This document shows, in pieces, positions 47,507 through 58,342 of a DNA stretch of 64,000 nt. Origin of the DNA: a bacterium (GTDB taxonomy: Bacteria; Eisenbacteria; RBG-16-71-46). The DNA is taken from the NCBI GenBank assembly GCA_043779265.1, contig JAYWEM010000058.1, positions 2,362 to 66,361 on the forward strand, read 5' to 3'. Both the position numbers and the translations under genes were made by a program. The notes under the pieces were generated by a model. That model saw only the letters and a list, made by a program, of their open reading frames with translations, did not search any database and was not told the DNA's origin. How positions within the stretch are numbered: the first letter of the stretch is position 1; the number at the start of each line of letters is the position of its first letter.

Positions 47507-49504
47507 ATGCCCTACGCCCTCGTCGCACTCTCCCTGCCGCTGCGCCAGGCCTTCACCTATCGCATTCCCGAGGGATCCGAGGGCGAGGTGCGCCCGGGTT
47601 CGATGGTGGAGGTTCCGTTGCGGGGGCGAGCCGTGCGCGGCGTGGTGCTTTCGCTCGCGCGCACGTCCGAGCGAACCGGTGTCCAGCCGCTGACCCGGGT
47701 GCTCTCGCCGCCGCTCCTCTCGCCCCACCTGCTCGACCTGGCGAAGTGGGTCGCCGAGTACTACCTGGCCCCGATCGGGGAAGTGGTGGCGGCCACCCTG
47801 CCGGGCGGGGGCAAGGGGTTGGCCGCCAGTCGGGCACGCCGTGGCGCCATCGAACACACCGCACTGTCCATCGCGCTTCCCGAGCGCGTCACGCTCACCG
47901 ACGCTCAGCGCGAGGCGACGCGCGCGATCGAGCAATCGGTCGCGGCCGCGAAGTTCGCTCCGATGCTGCTGCACGGCGTCACGGCGAGCGGCAAAACGGA
48001 GGTCTACTTGCGGGGCGCCCTCGCGGCACGCGATGCGGGGGGGCAGACATTGGTGCTGGTCCCGGAAGTGGCGCTGGCGACGCAGGTGGTGGCCCGATTC
48101 CGCCAGCGATTCGGCGCGCGTGTCGCGCTGCTCCACAGCTACCTCGGTGTCGGCGAGCGGCGACGCAACTGGGAACTTGCGAGGCGGGGCGGGCTCGATG
48201 TCGTCGTGGGCGCGCGCTCGGCCGTCTTCGCCCCGCTGCCTTCTCTGAAGCTGATCGTCGTCGATGAGGAACACGAACCGGCCTACAAGCAGAGCGAGCA
48301 GATGCGCTACCACGGGCGGGATGTCGCGGTGCGGCGCGCCCAGATGCTGGGGATCCCGGTGGTGCTCGGCTCGGCCACGCCGAGCCTCGAGTCGCTCGCC
48401 AACGCGGCGCGCGGCAAGTACCGGCGCCTCTTGATGCCGGAGCGCATCGATCGGCGGCCGATGCCGAGCGTGCAGATCGTGGATCTCCGGCGCGAGGAGG
48501 CGGCGTTGATCTCGCGGCCGCTTCGTCTGGCGTTGGCGGCGCGGCTCGAGCGCGGGGAGCAGTCCCTGCTGTGGCTCAATCGTCGAGGCCACACGCATCA
48601 TCTGCAGTGCCGTGCGTGTGGATGGACACCGGCGTGCCCGGAGTGCGACATCACGCTGACGCTGCATGTCGATCCGCTCTCGCTGCACTGCCACTACTGC
48701 GATCATCGAGCGCCGGCGTGGTCGCGCTGCCCGACCTGTGAGGCCGGGTTGCAGATGAAGCAGAGTGGCGCGGGCACGCAGCGGGCCGAGCGCGAACTCA
48801 AGCGCACGATGCCGGGGGCTCGCATCCTGCGTCTCGATACCGATGTGGCCCGCAAGCGCTCGGCTCCCTCGGATGTGCTGGAGCGTTTCGCCAATGGCGA
48901 GGCGGACGTGCTGCTCGGCACGCAGATGATCGCCAAGGGCCTCGACTTCCCCAATGTGACCCTGGTCGGCGTGCTGGATGCGGACATCGCGCTGCACCTG
49001 CCCGACTTCCGCGCGGCCGAGCGCACGTGGCAATCGCTCGTGCAGGTGGCCGGTCGTGCGGGGAGAGGGCGTGTCCCGGGCGACGTCCTCGTGCAGACCT
49101 GCACGCCGGAACATCCGGCGATCGCGGCCTTCGCCAGCGGCGACACGCCGGCCTTCCAGCGCGAGGAGCTGGCCGAACGACGCGAGGCGGGCTATCCGCC
49201 CTTCGCTCGACTCGCCACGCTGTTGATCTCGGGGCCCGATGAGGCGCAGGTCGAGCGCGTCGCGACCGCGCTCGCCGAAGCGGCGTCCGAGGCGGCGACT
49301 CCGCTCGGCGTCATCGTGCTCGGCCCTGCGCCCCAGGCGCTGGCGCGACTTCGCGGACGGCATCGGTGGCATCTGCTCCTCAAGGGGTCCGAGGCTCGTG
49401 CGGTGCGCGCTGTGGCCGATGCGGCGCTGCAGTGGTCCGAGGGGGCGCGGCACGCGGGACGTGTCCGCGTCACAGCCGACATCGATCCGATCGACGTGCT
49501 CTGA
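47507..49504 (+). CDS. priA: primosomal replication-restart helicase PriA
   Basis: Walker A 'HGVTASGKTEVY', DEEH box 'IVVDEEHEPAYKQ', and Cys-rich Zn motifs 'CRACGWTPACPECD...CHYCDH...CPTC'. Confidence 0.92.
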   Translation: MPYALVALSLPLRQAFTYRIPEGSEGEVRPGSMVEVPLRGRAVRGVVLSLARTSERTGVQPLTRVLSPPLLSPHLLDLAKWVAEYYLAPIGEVVAATLPGGGKGLAASRARRGAIEHTALSIALPERVTLTDAQREATRAIEQSVAAAKFAPMLLHGVTASGKTEVYLRGALAARDAGGQTLVLVPEVALATQVVARFRQRFGARVALLHSYLGVGERRRNWELARRGGLDVVVGARSAVFAPLPSLKLIVVDEEHEPAYKQSEQMRYHGRDVAVRRAQMLGIPVVLGSATPSLESLANAARGKYRRLLMPERIDRRPMPSVQIVDLRREEAALISRPLRLALAARLERGEQSLLWLNRRGHTHHLQCRACGWTPACPECDITLTLHVDPLSLHCHYCDHRAPAWSRCPTCEAGLQMKQSGAGTQRAERELKRTMPGARILRLDTDVARKRSAPSDVLERFANGEADVLLGTQMIAKGLDFPNVTLVGVLDADIALHLPDFRAAERTWQSLVQVAGRAGRGRVPGDVLVQTCTPEHPAIAAFASGDTPAFQREELAERREAGYPPFARLATLLISGPDEAQVERVATALAEAASEAATPLGVIVLGPAPQALARLRGRHRWHLLLKGSEARAVRAVADAALQWSEGARHAGRVRVTADIDPIDVL

Positions 49505-49592
49505 GCTCGCCACCGTCGCGCGTGCGCTCGGAATGTGCGGAATGGCCGCACGCCCTCGCGTTCGTCAGGCGCACGTCAAAGCCCCGAAGTCC

Positions 49593-49622
49593 TTGACGCG
49601 TCTCGTTTCGGGTGCCTAGTCT
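49593..49622 (+). promoter_or_regulatory. candidate promoter (TTGACG-N18-TAGTCT) for the HD/TPR genes
   Basis: Lies in the 185-nt gap after priA, about 68 nt upstream of the ATG at 49690. Confidence 0.4.
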
Positions 49623-49689
49623 GCTCTGTTCTCCCGCCTCTCCAGTGCGCTTCCGCGCTGGCATCCTTCCCGCACGGGGAGCTCTCATC

Positions 49690-50403
49690 ATGACTCCGAA
49701 ACCTCAGATCCGCGCTGCCTCGGAGGCCGCCGCCAGTGAAGTCGTGCTGACGCCGGACTTCATCCGTACGCATCCCCGGGTGAGGCGCTTCGTGCGCATG
49801 GCCGACGCGGCGCTCGAGAAGATCGGGTACACGGAGCACGGGGAGCGGCATGTCACGCTGGTCAGCCACATCGCCTTCAACGTGTTGACGCGCCTCGGGC
49901 ACCCGGCCCGGCTCTGTGAGTTGGCCGGGATCGCGGGGTTCATGCACGACATCGGCAATGCGGTGAATCGCGAGAACCACGCGCAGACCGGCGCACTGAT
50001 GTCGATGCAATTGCTGACCGAGTTCGGGATGTCCGACGACGAGTTGATCACGATCATCGCGGCGATCGGCAACCACCATGAGAATGACGGCGATCCGGTG
50101 AATCCGGTCGCCGCTGCCGTGATCCTCGCGGACAAGAGCGACGTGCATCGCACGCGCGTTCGCAACTCCGAGATGATCAAGTTCGACATCCACGACCGAG
50201 TGAACTACGCGGTTCAGAAGAGCTTCCTCGACGTGAATTCGGATACCAAGCAGATCACGCTGCAGCTCACGATCGATCAGGACATCTCGCACGTCATGGA
50301 GTACTTCGAGATCTTCATGACGCGGATGCTGGCCTCGAGGAAGGCGGCGATCTCCCTCGGGTGCGGATTCGGGCTCGAGGTCAATGGCAACCGTCTCGTC
50401 TAG
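49690..50403 (+). CDS. HD-domain metal-dependent phosphohydrolase
   Basis: Reads 'HGERHV...FMHDIGN...IGNHHE...ILADKSD'. Confidence 0.75.
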   Translation: MTPKPQIRAASEAAASEVVLTPDFIRTHPRVRRFVRMADAALEKIGYTEHGERHVTLVSHIAFNVLTRLGHPARLCELAGIAGFMHDIGNAVNRENHAQTGALMSMQLLTEFGMSDDELITIIAAIGNHHENDGDPVNPVAAAVILADKSDVHRTRVRNSEMIKFDIHDRVNYAVQKSFLDVNSDTKQITLQLTIDQDISHVMEYFEIFMTRMLASRKAAISLGCGFGLEVNGNRLV

Positions 50404-50419
50404 CAGAAGGAGGATCCCC

Positions 50420-51865
50420 TTGAACCGACGTCTACTCTCGGGCCTGTCGGCCCTGATGATGGCCGGCCTCGTGGCCCAGGCCGCAGAAGCCCGCAACCCG
50501 CATTGCGCGGGCGGAATCCAGTACGTCGTGCAGGGCCTGCGCGATCGGGACAAGGGCAACTTCGAGGACTACCAGCGGCAGATGGGCAAGGCCATCGACC
50601 AGTTGACACAGTGCGCCGCCCAGGATCCCGCCGACTTCGAGGCGATCGGCTACCTCGGCTGGGTGTACGCCGAGGTCGAGAGCGCGGGTCCGGCCGGAGC
50701 CGCGTTCACCCAGTCCATCGAGGGGCTCGCCTCCAAGGGCGACAAGAAGAAGCACGACATCGTCGTGAACAACCGCGAGTCGTACTGGGCCAAGTCGTTC
50801 AACGACGGCATCAAGGAGATCAACACCGCGCAGGAGACCTACGAGAACTTCAGCGCCGTGCCGGCGGACGACGCCGAGAAGGAGCTCAAGGAGGCTGCGC
50901 GCAAGAGCTACGACAAGGCGCTGCTGGCGCTGACGCGTGCCAAGCTGCTCAAGGAAGGGCACGCGGCGACGCTGCGCAACATCGCGACGGCGCATGCGCT
51001 GATGGGCGACTTCGACAAGGCCGAGATCACGCTGGTCAATGGCATCCAGGAGGCCGCCGCCGACACGAGCGTCGGTCAGCTCCGCGAGACGCTGCGTAAT
51101 GTGCGTGCCAACAAGGCGGGCCAGCTGCTCGAAGCCAAGAAGTACGACCAGGCGATCGCCTACTACAAGGATCTGAGCAAGGCCGAGCCGACGAACGCGG
51201 ATCACCAGCGAGGCCTCGGCAGCGCGCACACGTCACGCGCCCAGACGCTCGAAGGGGCCGCCAAGACGGCCGACTGGAAGGCGTCGGCCGAGGCGTACGC
51301 CAAGGCCGTCGAACTGGTCGGGAAGGACGCCGACCTCCAGTACATGGCAGGCCAGGCGTATTCCAAGGCGGGTGATCACGCCGCGGCCGAGAAGCACTGG
51401 CGGCAGGCGGTCTCGCTCAAGCCGGACGATCTCGACGCGGTGCGCGAGTTGTCGATCTGCCTCGGGGAACTCAAGAAGTACGAGGAGGCCGTGAAGACGC
51501 TGGCCGATGCGATCGCGCGCCAGCCCGAGGAGAAGAACCTCTATCAGTCGATGGGCACGATCTACAACAAGGCGGGCGACAGCAAGAAGACGACGCAGCT
51601 CTACATGGTGTTCCTCGCGATGCAGCGCGGCACGGTGCTCGAGGGCGCCAAAGCGGCTGAGGCGGCCAAGGCGGGCAGCGCGGCGGCCAATACCAAGACG
51701 TCGCTCGGTACGCCCGACAAGGCCTACGAGTGGGAGACCGATGGCCAGAAGCTCGTCACGTGGACCTACTTCTCGAAGAAGCAGGCCTACACGTTCGAGA
51801 CCGCGTCGATGGGTCTGATCCAGAAGTCCGATTGGACGCCGACGGCGCCGGTCGCCGGCAAGTGA
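50420..51865 (+). CDS. secreted tetratricopeptide (TPR) repeat protein
   Basis: The TTG start lies 6 nt after AGGAGG. Signal 'LNRRLLSGLSALMMAGLVAQAAEA'. TPR-like A/Y/L periodicity runs throughout. Confidence 0.7.
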   Translation: MNRRLLSGLSALMMAGLVAQAAEARNPHCAGGIQYVVQGLRDRDKGNFEDYQRQMGKAIDQLTQCAAQDPADFEAIGYLGWVYAEVESAGPAGAAFTQSIEGLASKGDKKKHDIVVNNRESYWAKSFNDGIKEINTAQETYENFSAVPADDAEKELKEAARKSYDKALLALTRAKLLKEGHAATLRNIATAHALMGDFDKAEITLVNGIQEAAADTSVGQLRETLRNVRANKAGQLLEAKKYDQAIAYYKDLSKAEPTNADHQRGLGSAHTSRAQTLEGAAKTADWKASAEAYAKAVELVGKDADLQYMAGQAYSKAGDHAAAEKHWRQAVSLKPDDLDAVRELSICLGELKKYEEAVKTLADAIARQPEEKNLYQSMGTIYNKAGDSKKTTQLYMVFLAMQRGTVLEGAKAAEAAKAGSAAANTKTSLGTPDKAYEWETDGQKLVTWTYFSKKQAYTFETASMGLIQKSDWTPTAPVAGK

Positions 51866-51899
51866 CGCACGGCGCGATCGCGCCGAACGGATGAGAGCC

Positions 51900-51930
51900 G
51901 GCCTCCCGAGCCCCGTGGGCGCGGGAGGCC
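51900..51930 (+). terminator. GC-rich hairpin terminator after the TPR gene
   Basis: ggcctcccgagccc-cgt-gggcgcgggaggcc forms a 14-bp stem with 1 mismatch, followed by GUUCGCUUC. Confidence 0.5.
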
Positions 51931-51965
51931 GTTCGCTTCACGGTCAGCTCAGGAGGTCAGTCGAC

Positions 51966-52922
51966 ATGAGCGTGGCACTCGAGGGGCCGGTGGCGGTGGT
52001 GGGCTTCGGCCATCAGGGCGAGGCGCAGGCGCTCAATCTGCGCGACTCCGGCGTGTCGGTCCGAGTCGGGGCGCGCCCCGGGCATGCCGCCGAGGCACGG
52101 GCCCGCTCACACGGCTTCGAGGTCCACGACCTCGCGATTGCCGTGCGCGGCGCGAGCGTGGTCGCGGTGCTGTTGCCCGATGATGTCGCGCCGACGCTGT
52201 GGGGCTCGCTACACGCGGCGATGGAGCCTGCGGCGGGCCTCGTGTTCGCGCATGGCTACAACCTGCTCGCGGGAACGCTGTCGTTCGGTGACGACCAACC
52301 GGTCGTACTCGTCTCGCCGTGCGGCCCCGGCCGCGTGCTCCGCCAGACGTTCGAGCGAGGCGAGGGCCTGCCGGCCTATCTCGCGGTCCACCGAGGGGAC
52401 GAGCTCCGCGGCTGGCGACTCGCGGAGGCCTATGCCACCGCGCTCGGATGCGCCCGCGCCCGACTGTGGCGCACGAGTGTCCGAGAGGAGACCGAGGTCG
52501 ACCTGTTCGGCGAGCAGAACGTGCTCTGCGGCGGCATGAACGAACTCGTGGTGGCCGCCTGGGAGACCCTGGTCGAGGCGGGCTACAGCCCGGAGATCGC
52601 CTATCTCGAGTGCGTTCACCAGCTCAAGTTCCTCGCCGACCTGCTGCACGAGCGCGGGGTGACCGGGCTGAGAGAGGGCATCAGCGGGACGGCGCTCCAT
52701 GGCGATCTGACGCGGGGCCCGCGGGTGATCGGCAAGGCCAGCCGCCTCGCCATGGCCGAGGCGCTGAGCGACATCCGCAGCGGCCGCTATGCCGCTGAGT
52801 TGGCCAAGGAGGTCGCCGCTGGCAAGCCGGCCACCCGAGCAGGGCTCGAGGCCTCGAGACGGCACCCGATCGAAGCCGCCCGGCGCCGGGCACTGGGGCT
52901 GCCCGAGACGGGATCGCCCTGA
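51966..52922 (+). CDS. ilvC: ketol-acid reductoisomerase (class I)
   Basis: AGGAGG SD upstream. Reads 'VVGFGHQGEAQALNLRDSG...FAHGYN...LFGEQNVLCGG...YLECVHQLK'. No other ilv genes are nearby. Confidence 0.88.
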   Translation: MSVALEGPVAVVGFGHQGEAQALNLRDSGVSVRVGARPGHAAEARARSHGFEVHDLAIAVRGASVVAVLLPDDVAPTLWGSLHAAMEPAAGLVFAHGYNLLAGTLSFGDDQPVVLVSPCGPGRVLRQTFERGEGLPAYLAVHRGDELRGWRLAEAYATALGCARARLWRTSVREETEVDLFGEQNVLCGGMNELVVAAWETLVEAGYSPEIAYLECVHQLKFLADLLHERGVTGLREGISGTALHGDLTRGPRVIGKASRLAMAEALSDIRSGRYAAELAKEVAAGKPATRAGLEASRRHPIEAARRRALGLPETGSP

Positions 52923-52976
52923 TCCACGCGCGGGTCGCGGCCCCCCCGGTCGGTCAACGCGTTGGCTGGAAACAGG

Positions 52977-53006
52977 TTGACACCCGTTCCGGGGCTCGCT
53001 TACGGT
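52977..53006 (+). promoter_or_regulatory. candidate promoter (TTGACA-N18-TACGGT) for the IHF/HU-like gene
   Basis: Consensus -35 hexamer about 70 nt upstream of the ATG at 53075. Confidence 0.4.
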
Positions 53007-53074
53007 TCGCTGCGATTCGGAGGCGAGTTCCAGAGCGAACGTGCGCCTTGCCCAGCAGCGTCAGGGGGGACGAG

Positions 53075-53353
53075 ATGACCAAGGCCGATATCGTCGATCA
53101 GATCTCCGAGCGGACGGGCCTCACCAAGAAGGACGTCGCCGAGACGGTCGACTGCTTCCTCGATGCGGTCGCCAAAGCGCTCTCGAACGGGCATCACATC
53201 GAGATCCGCGGCTTCGGCACCTTCCGAGTCAAGGATCGCAAGTCGCGCATCGCGCGCAACCCACGAACGGGAGAGGCCGTCCCGGTGCCGCCCCGCCGCG
53301 TGCCGGTGTTCAAGGTGTCCAAGGAACTCAAGGACATGGTGTCGCAGCAGTAG
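53075..53353 (+). CDS. IHF/HU-family DNA-bending protein
   Basis: Reads 'MTKADIVDQISERTGLTKKDV...IEIRGFGTF.VK.R..R.ARNPRTGE.V.V'. Confidence 0.88.
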   Translation: MTKADIVDQISERTGLTKKDVAETVDCFLDAVAKALSNGHHIEIRGFGTFRVKDRKSRIARNPRTGEAVPVPPRRVPVFKVSKELKDMVSQQ

Positions 53354-53374
53354 CTTCTCGATCCTGAGGGAACA

Positions 53375-53411
53375 GACGAGGGGGAGGACCGTCGCGGTCC
53401 TCCCCCTCGTC
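53375..53411. terminator. bidirectional GC-rich hairpin between convergent genes
   Basis: gacgagggggaggaccg-tcg-cggtcctccccctcgtc forms a perfect 17-bp stem with a 3-nt loop. The flanking tracts are pyrimidine-rich rather than pure U runs. Confidence 0.6.
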
Positions 53412-53436
53412 CCATCTCTCTCGTTGAGCGCGGTCG

Positions 53437-54141
53437 TCAGTTACGCGAGTTGCGCATCACGATCAGGCGGATCAACTGAAGTGCCGCCATGGCCGCCGCC
53501 GCGACGTACGTGAGCGCAGCGGCGTCGAGCACGCGCTTCGCCTGGCCGACCTCCTCATGCTGCACCGCACCGGATTCGGTGAGCTGGATCAGCGCCCGCT
53601 TGCTGGCGTCGAACTCGACCGGCAGCGTGACCACGTGGAACAACACGGCGCCTGCGAAGAACAGGATGCCGAGGTCCATGAGCATCGTGCTGATGCCGCC
53701 GAGATTGGATCCGAAGATCAAGCCGATGAAGAACATGGGCATGGCGAGCATGCTGCCGAAGCCGGCCACCGGGGCGAGCGTCGAACGCAGCTGCAGCGGC
53801 AGGTAGCCCTGGTGGTGCTGCAGGACGTGCCCCACTTCATGCGCGGCCACGGCGATGCTCGAGATCGAGTTGTCGCCGTAGATCGGGCCCGAGAGTCGCA
53901 CGGCCTTGGCGCCCGGATCGTAGTGATCCGAGAGCACGCCGCCGACCTGCTCGATCGTCACGTCGCGCACACCATTGCGCGACATGATGGCGGCGGCCAT
54001 CTGGCGCCCGCTCATCGACGTGGAGGAGCGGACCTTGGAGTACTTCTCGTAGGTGCTCTTCACCTTCCACTGCGCCCACATGGCGAACGCGAGCGCGGGC
54101 AGGATCAGGATCATCGTGGCATCGACGCCGAAGAACGGCAT
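53437..54141 (-). CDS. YugP-like membrane zinc metallopeptidase
   Basis: ATG at 54141 follows GGAGG. Reads 'MPFFGVDATMILILPA...' with 'AAHEVGHVLQH' HExxH and C-terminal TM helices. Confidence 0.8.
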   Translation of the reverse strand: MPFFGVDATMILILPALAFAMWAQWKVKSTYEKYSKVRSSTSMSGRQMAAAIMSRNGVRDVTIEQVGGVLSDHYDPGAKAVRLSGPIYGDNSISSIAVAAHEVGHVLQHHQGYLPLQLRSTLAPVAGFGSMLAMPMFFIGLIFGSNLGGISTMLMDLGILFFAGAVLFHVVTLPVEFDASKRALIQLTESGAVQHEEVGQAKRVLDAAALTYVAAAAMAALQLIRLIVMRNSRN

Positions 54142-54371
54142 GGGGCTCACTCCTCCAGGCACTGGGTCGCGCACCGTGCGCGTCGAGACGTTGGGATGCT
54201 GCAGCGCGGCGACTGTGGCAGGAAAGCCGCAGGCGGGGAAGCGCAATCGGCACTCGCGGCGCCGGATTCACGAACGTCCACAAGTCGTCAGGTCGACTCG
54301 CGCGCGGCGCGCTCGGTGTAGACTGCGCGCCGCTCCGTCCGCCCGCGTGAGGTCCCGAGGAGACGTTCCGC

Positions 54372-55415
54372 ATGTCCGCTCCATCCGTCGTCGATCTGCG
54401 CAGTGACACCGTCACGCGGCCGACTGCCGCCATGCGCCGCGCCATCGCCGAGGCCGTGGTCGGCGATGATGTGTTCGGCGACGATCCCACGGTGCTCGCA
54501 CTCGAGTCGCGCGTCGCGGCGCTGGCGGGCAAGCAGGCTGCGTTGTTCGTGCCGAGCGGCACGATGGGCAACCAGCTGGCGGTGAACGTGCTGACCCAGC
54601 CCTCCGATGAGGTCCTGCTCGAGGCCGACAGCCACATCATGCTCTACGAGCAAGGCGGCATCGCCGCCAACAGCGGATGCCTCGCGCACCCGATCCGGGG
54701 CGTGCGCGGGAGCCTCTCGCCCGATGCGCTGCTCGCCGCCGTGCGGGGGGACAATCCTCACGTCGCCCGCATGTCGCTCGTGTGCACCGAGAACACGCAC
54801 AACAGCGCCGGCGGCGTGGTCGTGCCGCTCGCCTCGCTCGAGGCCATTCGAGTTGCTGCGCATGGCCGCGGCCTGCGGGTGCACATGGACGGTGCGAGGC
54901 TCTGGCACGCGAGCGCCGTGACCGGCATCCCCATCGCCCAGTGGGCAGCCACAGCGGACACGATGATGATGTGCTTCTCCAAGGGGCTCGGTGCGCCGGT
55001 CGGCAGCATTCTGGTGGGCGATGCCGACGTGATCCGCGCCGCTCATCGTGTGCGCAAGCGCTGGGGCGGCGGGATGCGCCAGGTGGGTGTGCTGGCGGCG
55101 GCCTGCCTGCACGCGCTGGACCATCATCTGGACCGGCTGAGCGAGGACCATCGCCGCGCGCGTGTACTGGCCGATGGGCTGCGCCAGGTCGCCTGCGTCA
55201 CCGTGGATGCGCCCGAGACCAACATCGTCATCGTGCACTTCGACGAGGGCGGTCCCGATCCCGCCGCCGTGCTCGCCGGCCTCGATCGGCTCGGCGTGCG
55301 CATGGTGCCCTTCGGCCACCGTCGTCTGCGCGCGATCTGCCACCTCGATGTGGACGATGCGGGCGTCGAACGGGCGATCGAGGTCTTCGGCTCGGTCGCG
55401 GGCGCTGTTCGCTGA
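54372..55415 (+). CDS. ltaE: low-specificity L-threonine aldolase
   Basis: Reads '[14 protein letters not shown]...A.VGDDV.G.DPTV..LE...A...[14 protein letters not shown]' with the PLP lysine context '[11 protein letters not shown]'. Confidence 0.85.
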   Translation: MSAPSVVDLRSDTVTRPTAAMRRAIAEAVVGDDVFGDDPTVLALESRVAALAGKQAALFVPSGTMGNQLAVNVLTQPSDEVLLEADSHIMLYEQGGIAANSGCLAHPIRGVRGSLSPDALLAAVRGDNPHVARMSLVCTENTHNSAGGVVVPLASLEAIRVAAHGRGLRVHMDGARLWHASAVTGIPIAQWAATADTMMMCFSKGLGAPVGSILVGDADVIRAAHRVRKRWGGGMRQVGVLAAACLHALDHHLDRLSEDHRRARVLADGLRQVACVTVDAPETNIVIVHFDEGGPDPAAVLAGLDRLGVRMVPFGHRRLRAICHLDVDDAGVERAIEVFGSVAGAVR

Positions 55416-55564
55416 TCGCGTCCTGCCAACGACTTGCACCGGCTCGCAGCGCGAACGAAGCTGCCCTGCGACTCGGCCGGAACGCTCGACTCGCGCAGGG
55501 ACCGCATGCTAGGGTGCGCGCCGCTTTGACGGGACCGGTTCCCGCCGCGGAGGAAGGACACAGA

Positions 55565-56287
55565 GTGACCGAAGCGCGCCCCTCCGGAGACGGGGGAACG
55601 CTGTTCCTGGTGGCGACGCCCATCGGCAACCTCGAGGACATCACGCACCGCGCGCTCCGCATCCTGCGCGAGGTCGCCCGAGTCGCCGCCGAGGACACGC
55701 GACGCACGCGTCGGTTGCTCGATCACTTCGGCATCCGAGCCGAGGTGGTGAGTCTGCACGACCATAACGAACGCGCCCGAGTGCCCGCCCTGATGGCGCG
55801 GCTCGCAGCGGGCGAGTCCGTCGCGATCGTGACCGACGCGGGGTCGCCGGGCATCGCCGATCCGGGTTTCCCGGTGGTGCGAGCCGCCATCGCAGCTGGG
55901 TTCCGGGTCGAGAGCATCCCGGGGCCGAGCGCTGTGATCGCTGCGCTTCAGGTGAGCGGACTTCCGACGGACGCTTTCACGTTCGTGGGATTCCTCCCAC
56001 CCAAATCGGGCGCTCGCAAGAACCGGTTGGTGGAGTGGTCGGAGCGGCGCGAGACGATCGTGGCGTTCGAATCACCCCATCGGATCGAGCGCACACTCGC
56101 CGATCTCGAGGCGGTGTGGCAGGAGCGTCCGATCGCGCTGGCGCGCGAGTTGAGCAAGATCCACGAGCAGGTGCTCCGAGGCAGCGCGCGCGAGGTGCGC
56201 GAGGCGTTGTCGCCGGACCAGGTGCGGGGGGAGATGGTGCTGGTTCTCAGTGGACGGACACGCGCGAGCCGAGCGGCGGAAGCATGA
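55565..56287 (+). CDS. rsmI: 16S rRNA (cytidine1402-2'-O)-methyltransferase
   Basis: GTG start after GGAGGAAGG. Reads 'LFLVATPIGNLEDITHRALRIL......AEDTR....LL..F'. A second stretch reads 'DAGSPGIADPG' and 'IPGPSA'. Confidence 0.9.
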   Translation: MTEARPSGDGGTLFLVATPIGNLEDITHRALRILREVARVAAEDTRRTRRLLDHFGIRAEVVSLHDHNERARVPALMARLAAGESVAIVTDAGSPGIADPGFPVVRAAIAAGFRVESIPGPSAVIAALQVSGLPTDAFTFVGFLPPKSGARKNRLVEWSERRETIVAFESPHRIERTLADLEAVWQERPIALARELSKIHEQVLRGSAREVREALSPDQVRGEMVLVLSGRTRASRAAEA

Positions 56288-57045
56288 GCGCGGACCCCGC
56301 AGTGCCCCATCAGCTCGCGGCCTCCGGCTACAAGGATCGCCTCAAGCACATGGCCCACTCGGTCCTCGACCCGGTGGTCGCGGCCCTCGCGCGCCTCGGG
56401 CTCCAGCCCGACCACGTCACGGTCGCGGGGCTCGTCCTCAGCGTCGTGGCCGGATTCGCGTTCTTCGACGGCCAGAATCGCGTCGCCGCGCTGGTGCTGA
56501 GCCTGGCAGGGGTCTGCGACATCCTCGACGGCCAGCTCGCCCGGCGAGCGGGCCGCGTCTCGAACTACGGCGCATTCCTCGACTCGACGCTCGATCGCCT
56601 TGCCGAGGCGGCTGTGCTCGTCGGGATAGCAGGCTACTATGCAAGCAACCTCCTCGGGCTGCAGGCCAAGTCGCAGGCGATGCTCGAGCAGGTCGTCCTG
56701 GGTGAGATCGAGGGGCCCATCGCGCTGCTCGTCGCCCAGAATCAAGCCGTCGAGCCGGTGACGTGGCTCGTCCTCACGATCACCGCGATGCTCGCGCTCG
56801 TGGGTTCGTTCATGGTGTCGTACACGCGTGCCCGCGCCGAGGGGCTGGGGCTCGAGTGCAAAGTGGGTTGGTTCGAGCGACCCGAGCGCATCGTGCTGCT
56901 CATCGTCGCGGGACTCATCCAGGTGTTCTGGGCGATGAGCGTCGCCCTCCTTCTGTTGGCGATCCTTTCATTCACGACTGCTGCGCAGCGTGTGATGCAC
57001 GTTCATCGCATCACGCGCGCGTCTGGCGCAGACGAGCGGGCCTGA
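56284..57045 (+). CDS. CDP-alcohol phosphatidyltransferase family protein (candidate phosphatidylinositol-phosphate synthase)
   Basis: Reads '[13 protein letters not shown]....[13 protein letters not shown]', the D-G-x2-A-R...G-x3-D-x3-D motif. ATGA overlap with rsmI. It lies directly upstream of the inositol-3-phosphate synthase gene. Confidence 0.8.
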   Translation: MSADPAVPHQLAASGYKDRLKHMAHSVLDPVVAALARLGLQPDHVTVAGLVLSVVAGFAFFDGQNRVAALVLSLAGVCDILDGQLARRAGRVSNYGAFLDSTLDRLAEAAVLVGIAGYYASNLLGLQAKSQAMLEQVVLGEIEGPIALLVAQNQAVEPVTWLVLTITAMLALVGSFMVSYTRARAEGLGLECKVGWFERPERIVLLIVAGLIQVFWAMSVALLLLAILSFTTAAQRVMHVHRITRASGADERA

Positions 57046-57076
57046 CGGCCGCTCCTTATCCGGAGGTTCGAGGGAC

Positions 57077-58342
57077 ATGGGGAACAAGGTCCGAGTGGCC
57101 ATCATCGGCGTGGGCAACTGCGCTTCGTCGTTCGTGCAGGGGCTGCACTACTACCGCAGCGCCAAGGAGACCGACCGCGTTCCGGGCCTCATGCACGTCA
57201 ATCTGGGCGGCTATCACATCAAGGATGTCGAGGTCGTCGCGGCGATCGACATCGACCGCAACAAGGTCGGCAAGGACTTGAGCGAGGCCATCTCGACGTG
57301 GCCCAACAACACGGTCGAGTTCACCAAGGTCCCGCGCACCGGCATCAAGGTGCAGCGCGGTATGACGCACGACGGACTCGGCAAGTACCTGTCGCAGATC
57401 ATCCACAAGGCGCCGGGTTCCACGGTCGATATCGTCAAGTTGCTCAAGGACACCAAGACCGACGTCGTCGTGAACTACCTGCCGGTGGGCTCCGAGGAGG
57501 CCACCAAGTGGTACGTCGAGCAGGTGCTCGAGGCGGGCTGCGGGTTCGTCAACTGCATCCCGGTGTTCATCGCGCGTGAGAAGTACTGGCAGGCGCGCTT
57601 CGAGAAGAAGGGGTTGCCGATCATCGGCGATGACATCAAGTCGCAGGTCGGCGCCACCATCACCCACCGCGTGCTGGCGAATCTGTTCGTCGATCGTGGC
57701 GTGCGCATCGATCGCACCTATCAGCTGAACTTCGGCGGCAATACCGACTTCATGAACATGCTGGAGCGCGAGCGGCTCGAGTCCAAGAAGATCAGCAAGA
57801 CCTCGGCCGTCACGAGCAACATCCCCTACGACCTGGCCGAGGAGGACGTCCACGTCGGGCCGTCCGACTACGTGCCGTGGCTCAAGGATCGCAAGTGGTG
57901 CCACATCCGCATGGAGGGCACGACGTTCGGAGACGTGCCGCTCAATCTCGAGATGAAGCTCGAGGTGTGGGACTCGCCCAACTCGGCCGGCATCGTCATC
58001 GACGCGGTGCGCTGCGCCAAGCTGGCGCTCGACAAGAAGATCTCGGGAGCGCTCATCGCGCCGAGCTCGTACTTCAAGAAGTCGCCGCCGGTGCAGATTC
58101 CGGACGACGTCGCGCGTGACCTGGTCGAGCAGTACATCAAGGACCCGAAGGCGGTGGAGCGCCGCATGCGCACGGATGCCCCGGCACTCAAGCGCGAGGC
58201 CAAGCCGGTCACCCGCAAGGCGGTCGCGAACGAGCCCTCGATGAACGGGCACGCCAAGCCCGCCACGAAGTCGGGCGCCAAGGCGAAGCCGGCTGCGAAG
58301 GCGAGCCCCAAGCGCAAGGCGCGTAAGGCGGCGGCCCGGTAG
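57077..58342 (+). CDS. ino1: myo-inositol-3-phosphate synthase with a Lys/Ala-rich C-terminal tail
   Basis: Reads '[18 protein letters not shown]...', 'SQVGATI' and 'LNFGGNTDF'. The last ~50 aa read '[28 protein letters not shown]'. Confidence 0.88.
   Translation: MGNKVRVAIIGVGNCASSFVQGLHYYRSAKETDRVPGLMHVNLGGYHIKDVEVVAAIDIDRNKVGKDLSEAISTWPNNTVEFTKVPRTGIKVQRGMTHDGLGKYLSQIIHKAPGSTVDIVKLLKDTKTDVVVNYLPVGSEEATKWYVEQVLEAGCGFVNCIPVFIAREKYWQARFEKKGLPIIGDDIKSQVGATITHRVLANLFVDRGVRIDRTYQLNFGGNTDFMNMLERERLESKKISKTSAVTSNIPYDLAEEDVHVGPSDYVPWLKDRKWCHIRMEGTTFGDVPLNLEMKLEVWDSPNSAGIVIDAVRCAKLALDKKISGALIAPSSYFKKSPPVQIPDDVARDLVEQYIKDPKAVERRMRTDAPALKREAKPVTRKAVANEPSMNGHAKPATKSGAKAKPAAKASPKRKARKAAAR

Noticed and set aside
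45626-49513. Two giant overlapping ORFs, 45626-49504(+) 1292 aa and 45014-49513(-) 1499 aa.
   Set aside because: Each is a real gene fused in the track to the antisense frame of the other. Only 47507-49504(+) shows PriA motifs, and only 45014-47434(-) has a signal peptide and protein-like composition. The true genes are divergent, with a 72-nt gap.
51871-51884. Perfect 14-nt palindrome GGCGCGATCGCGCC just after the TPR gene stop, as a possible operator.
   Set aside because: It is a single occurrence of a short GC-rich palindrome that is unsurprising at this base composition. It sits next to a much better terminator hairpin (51900-51930), and nothing links it to a regulator.
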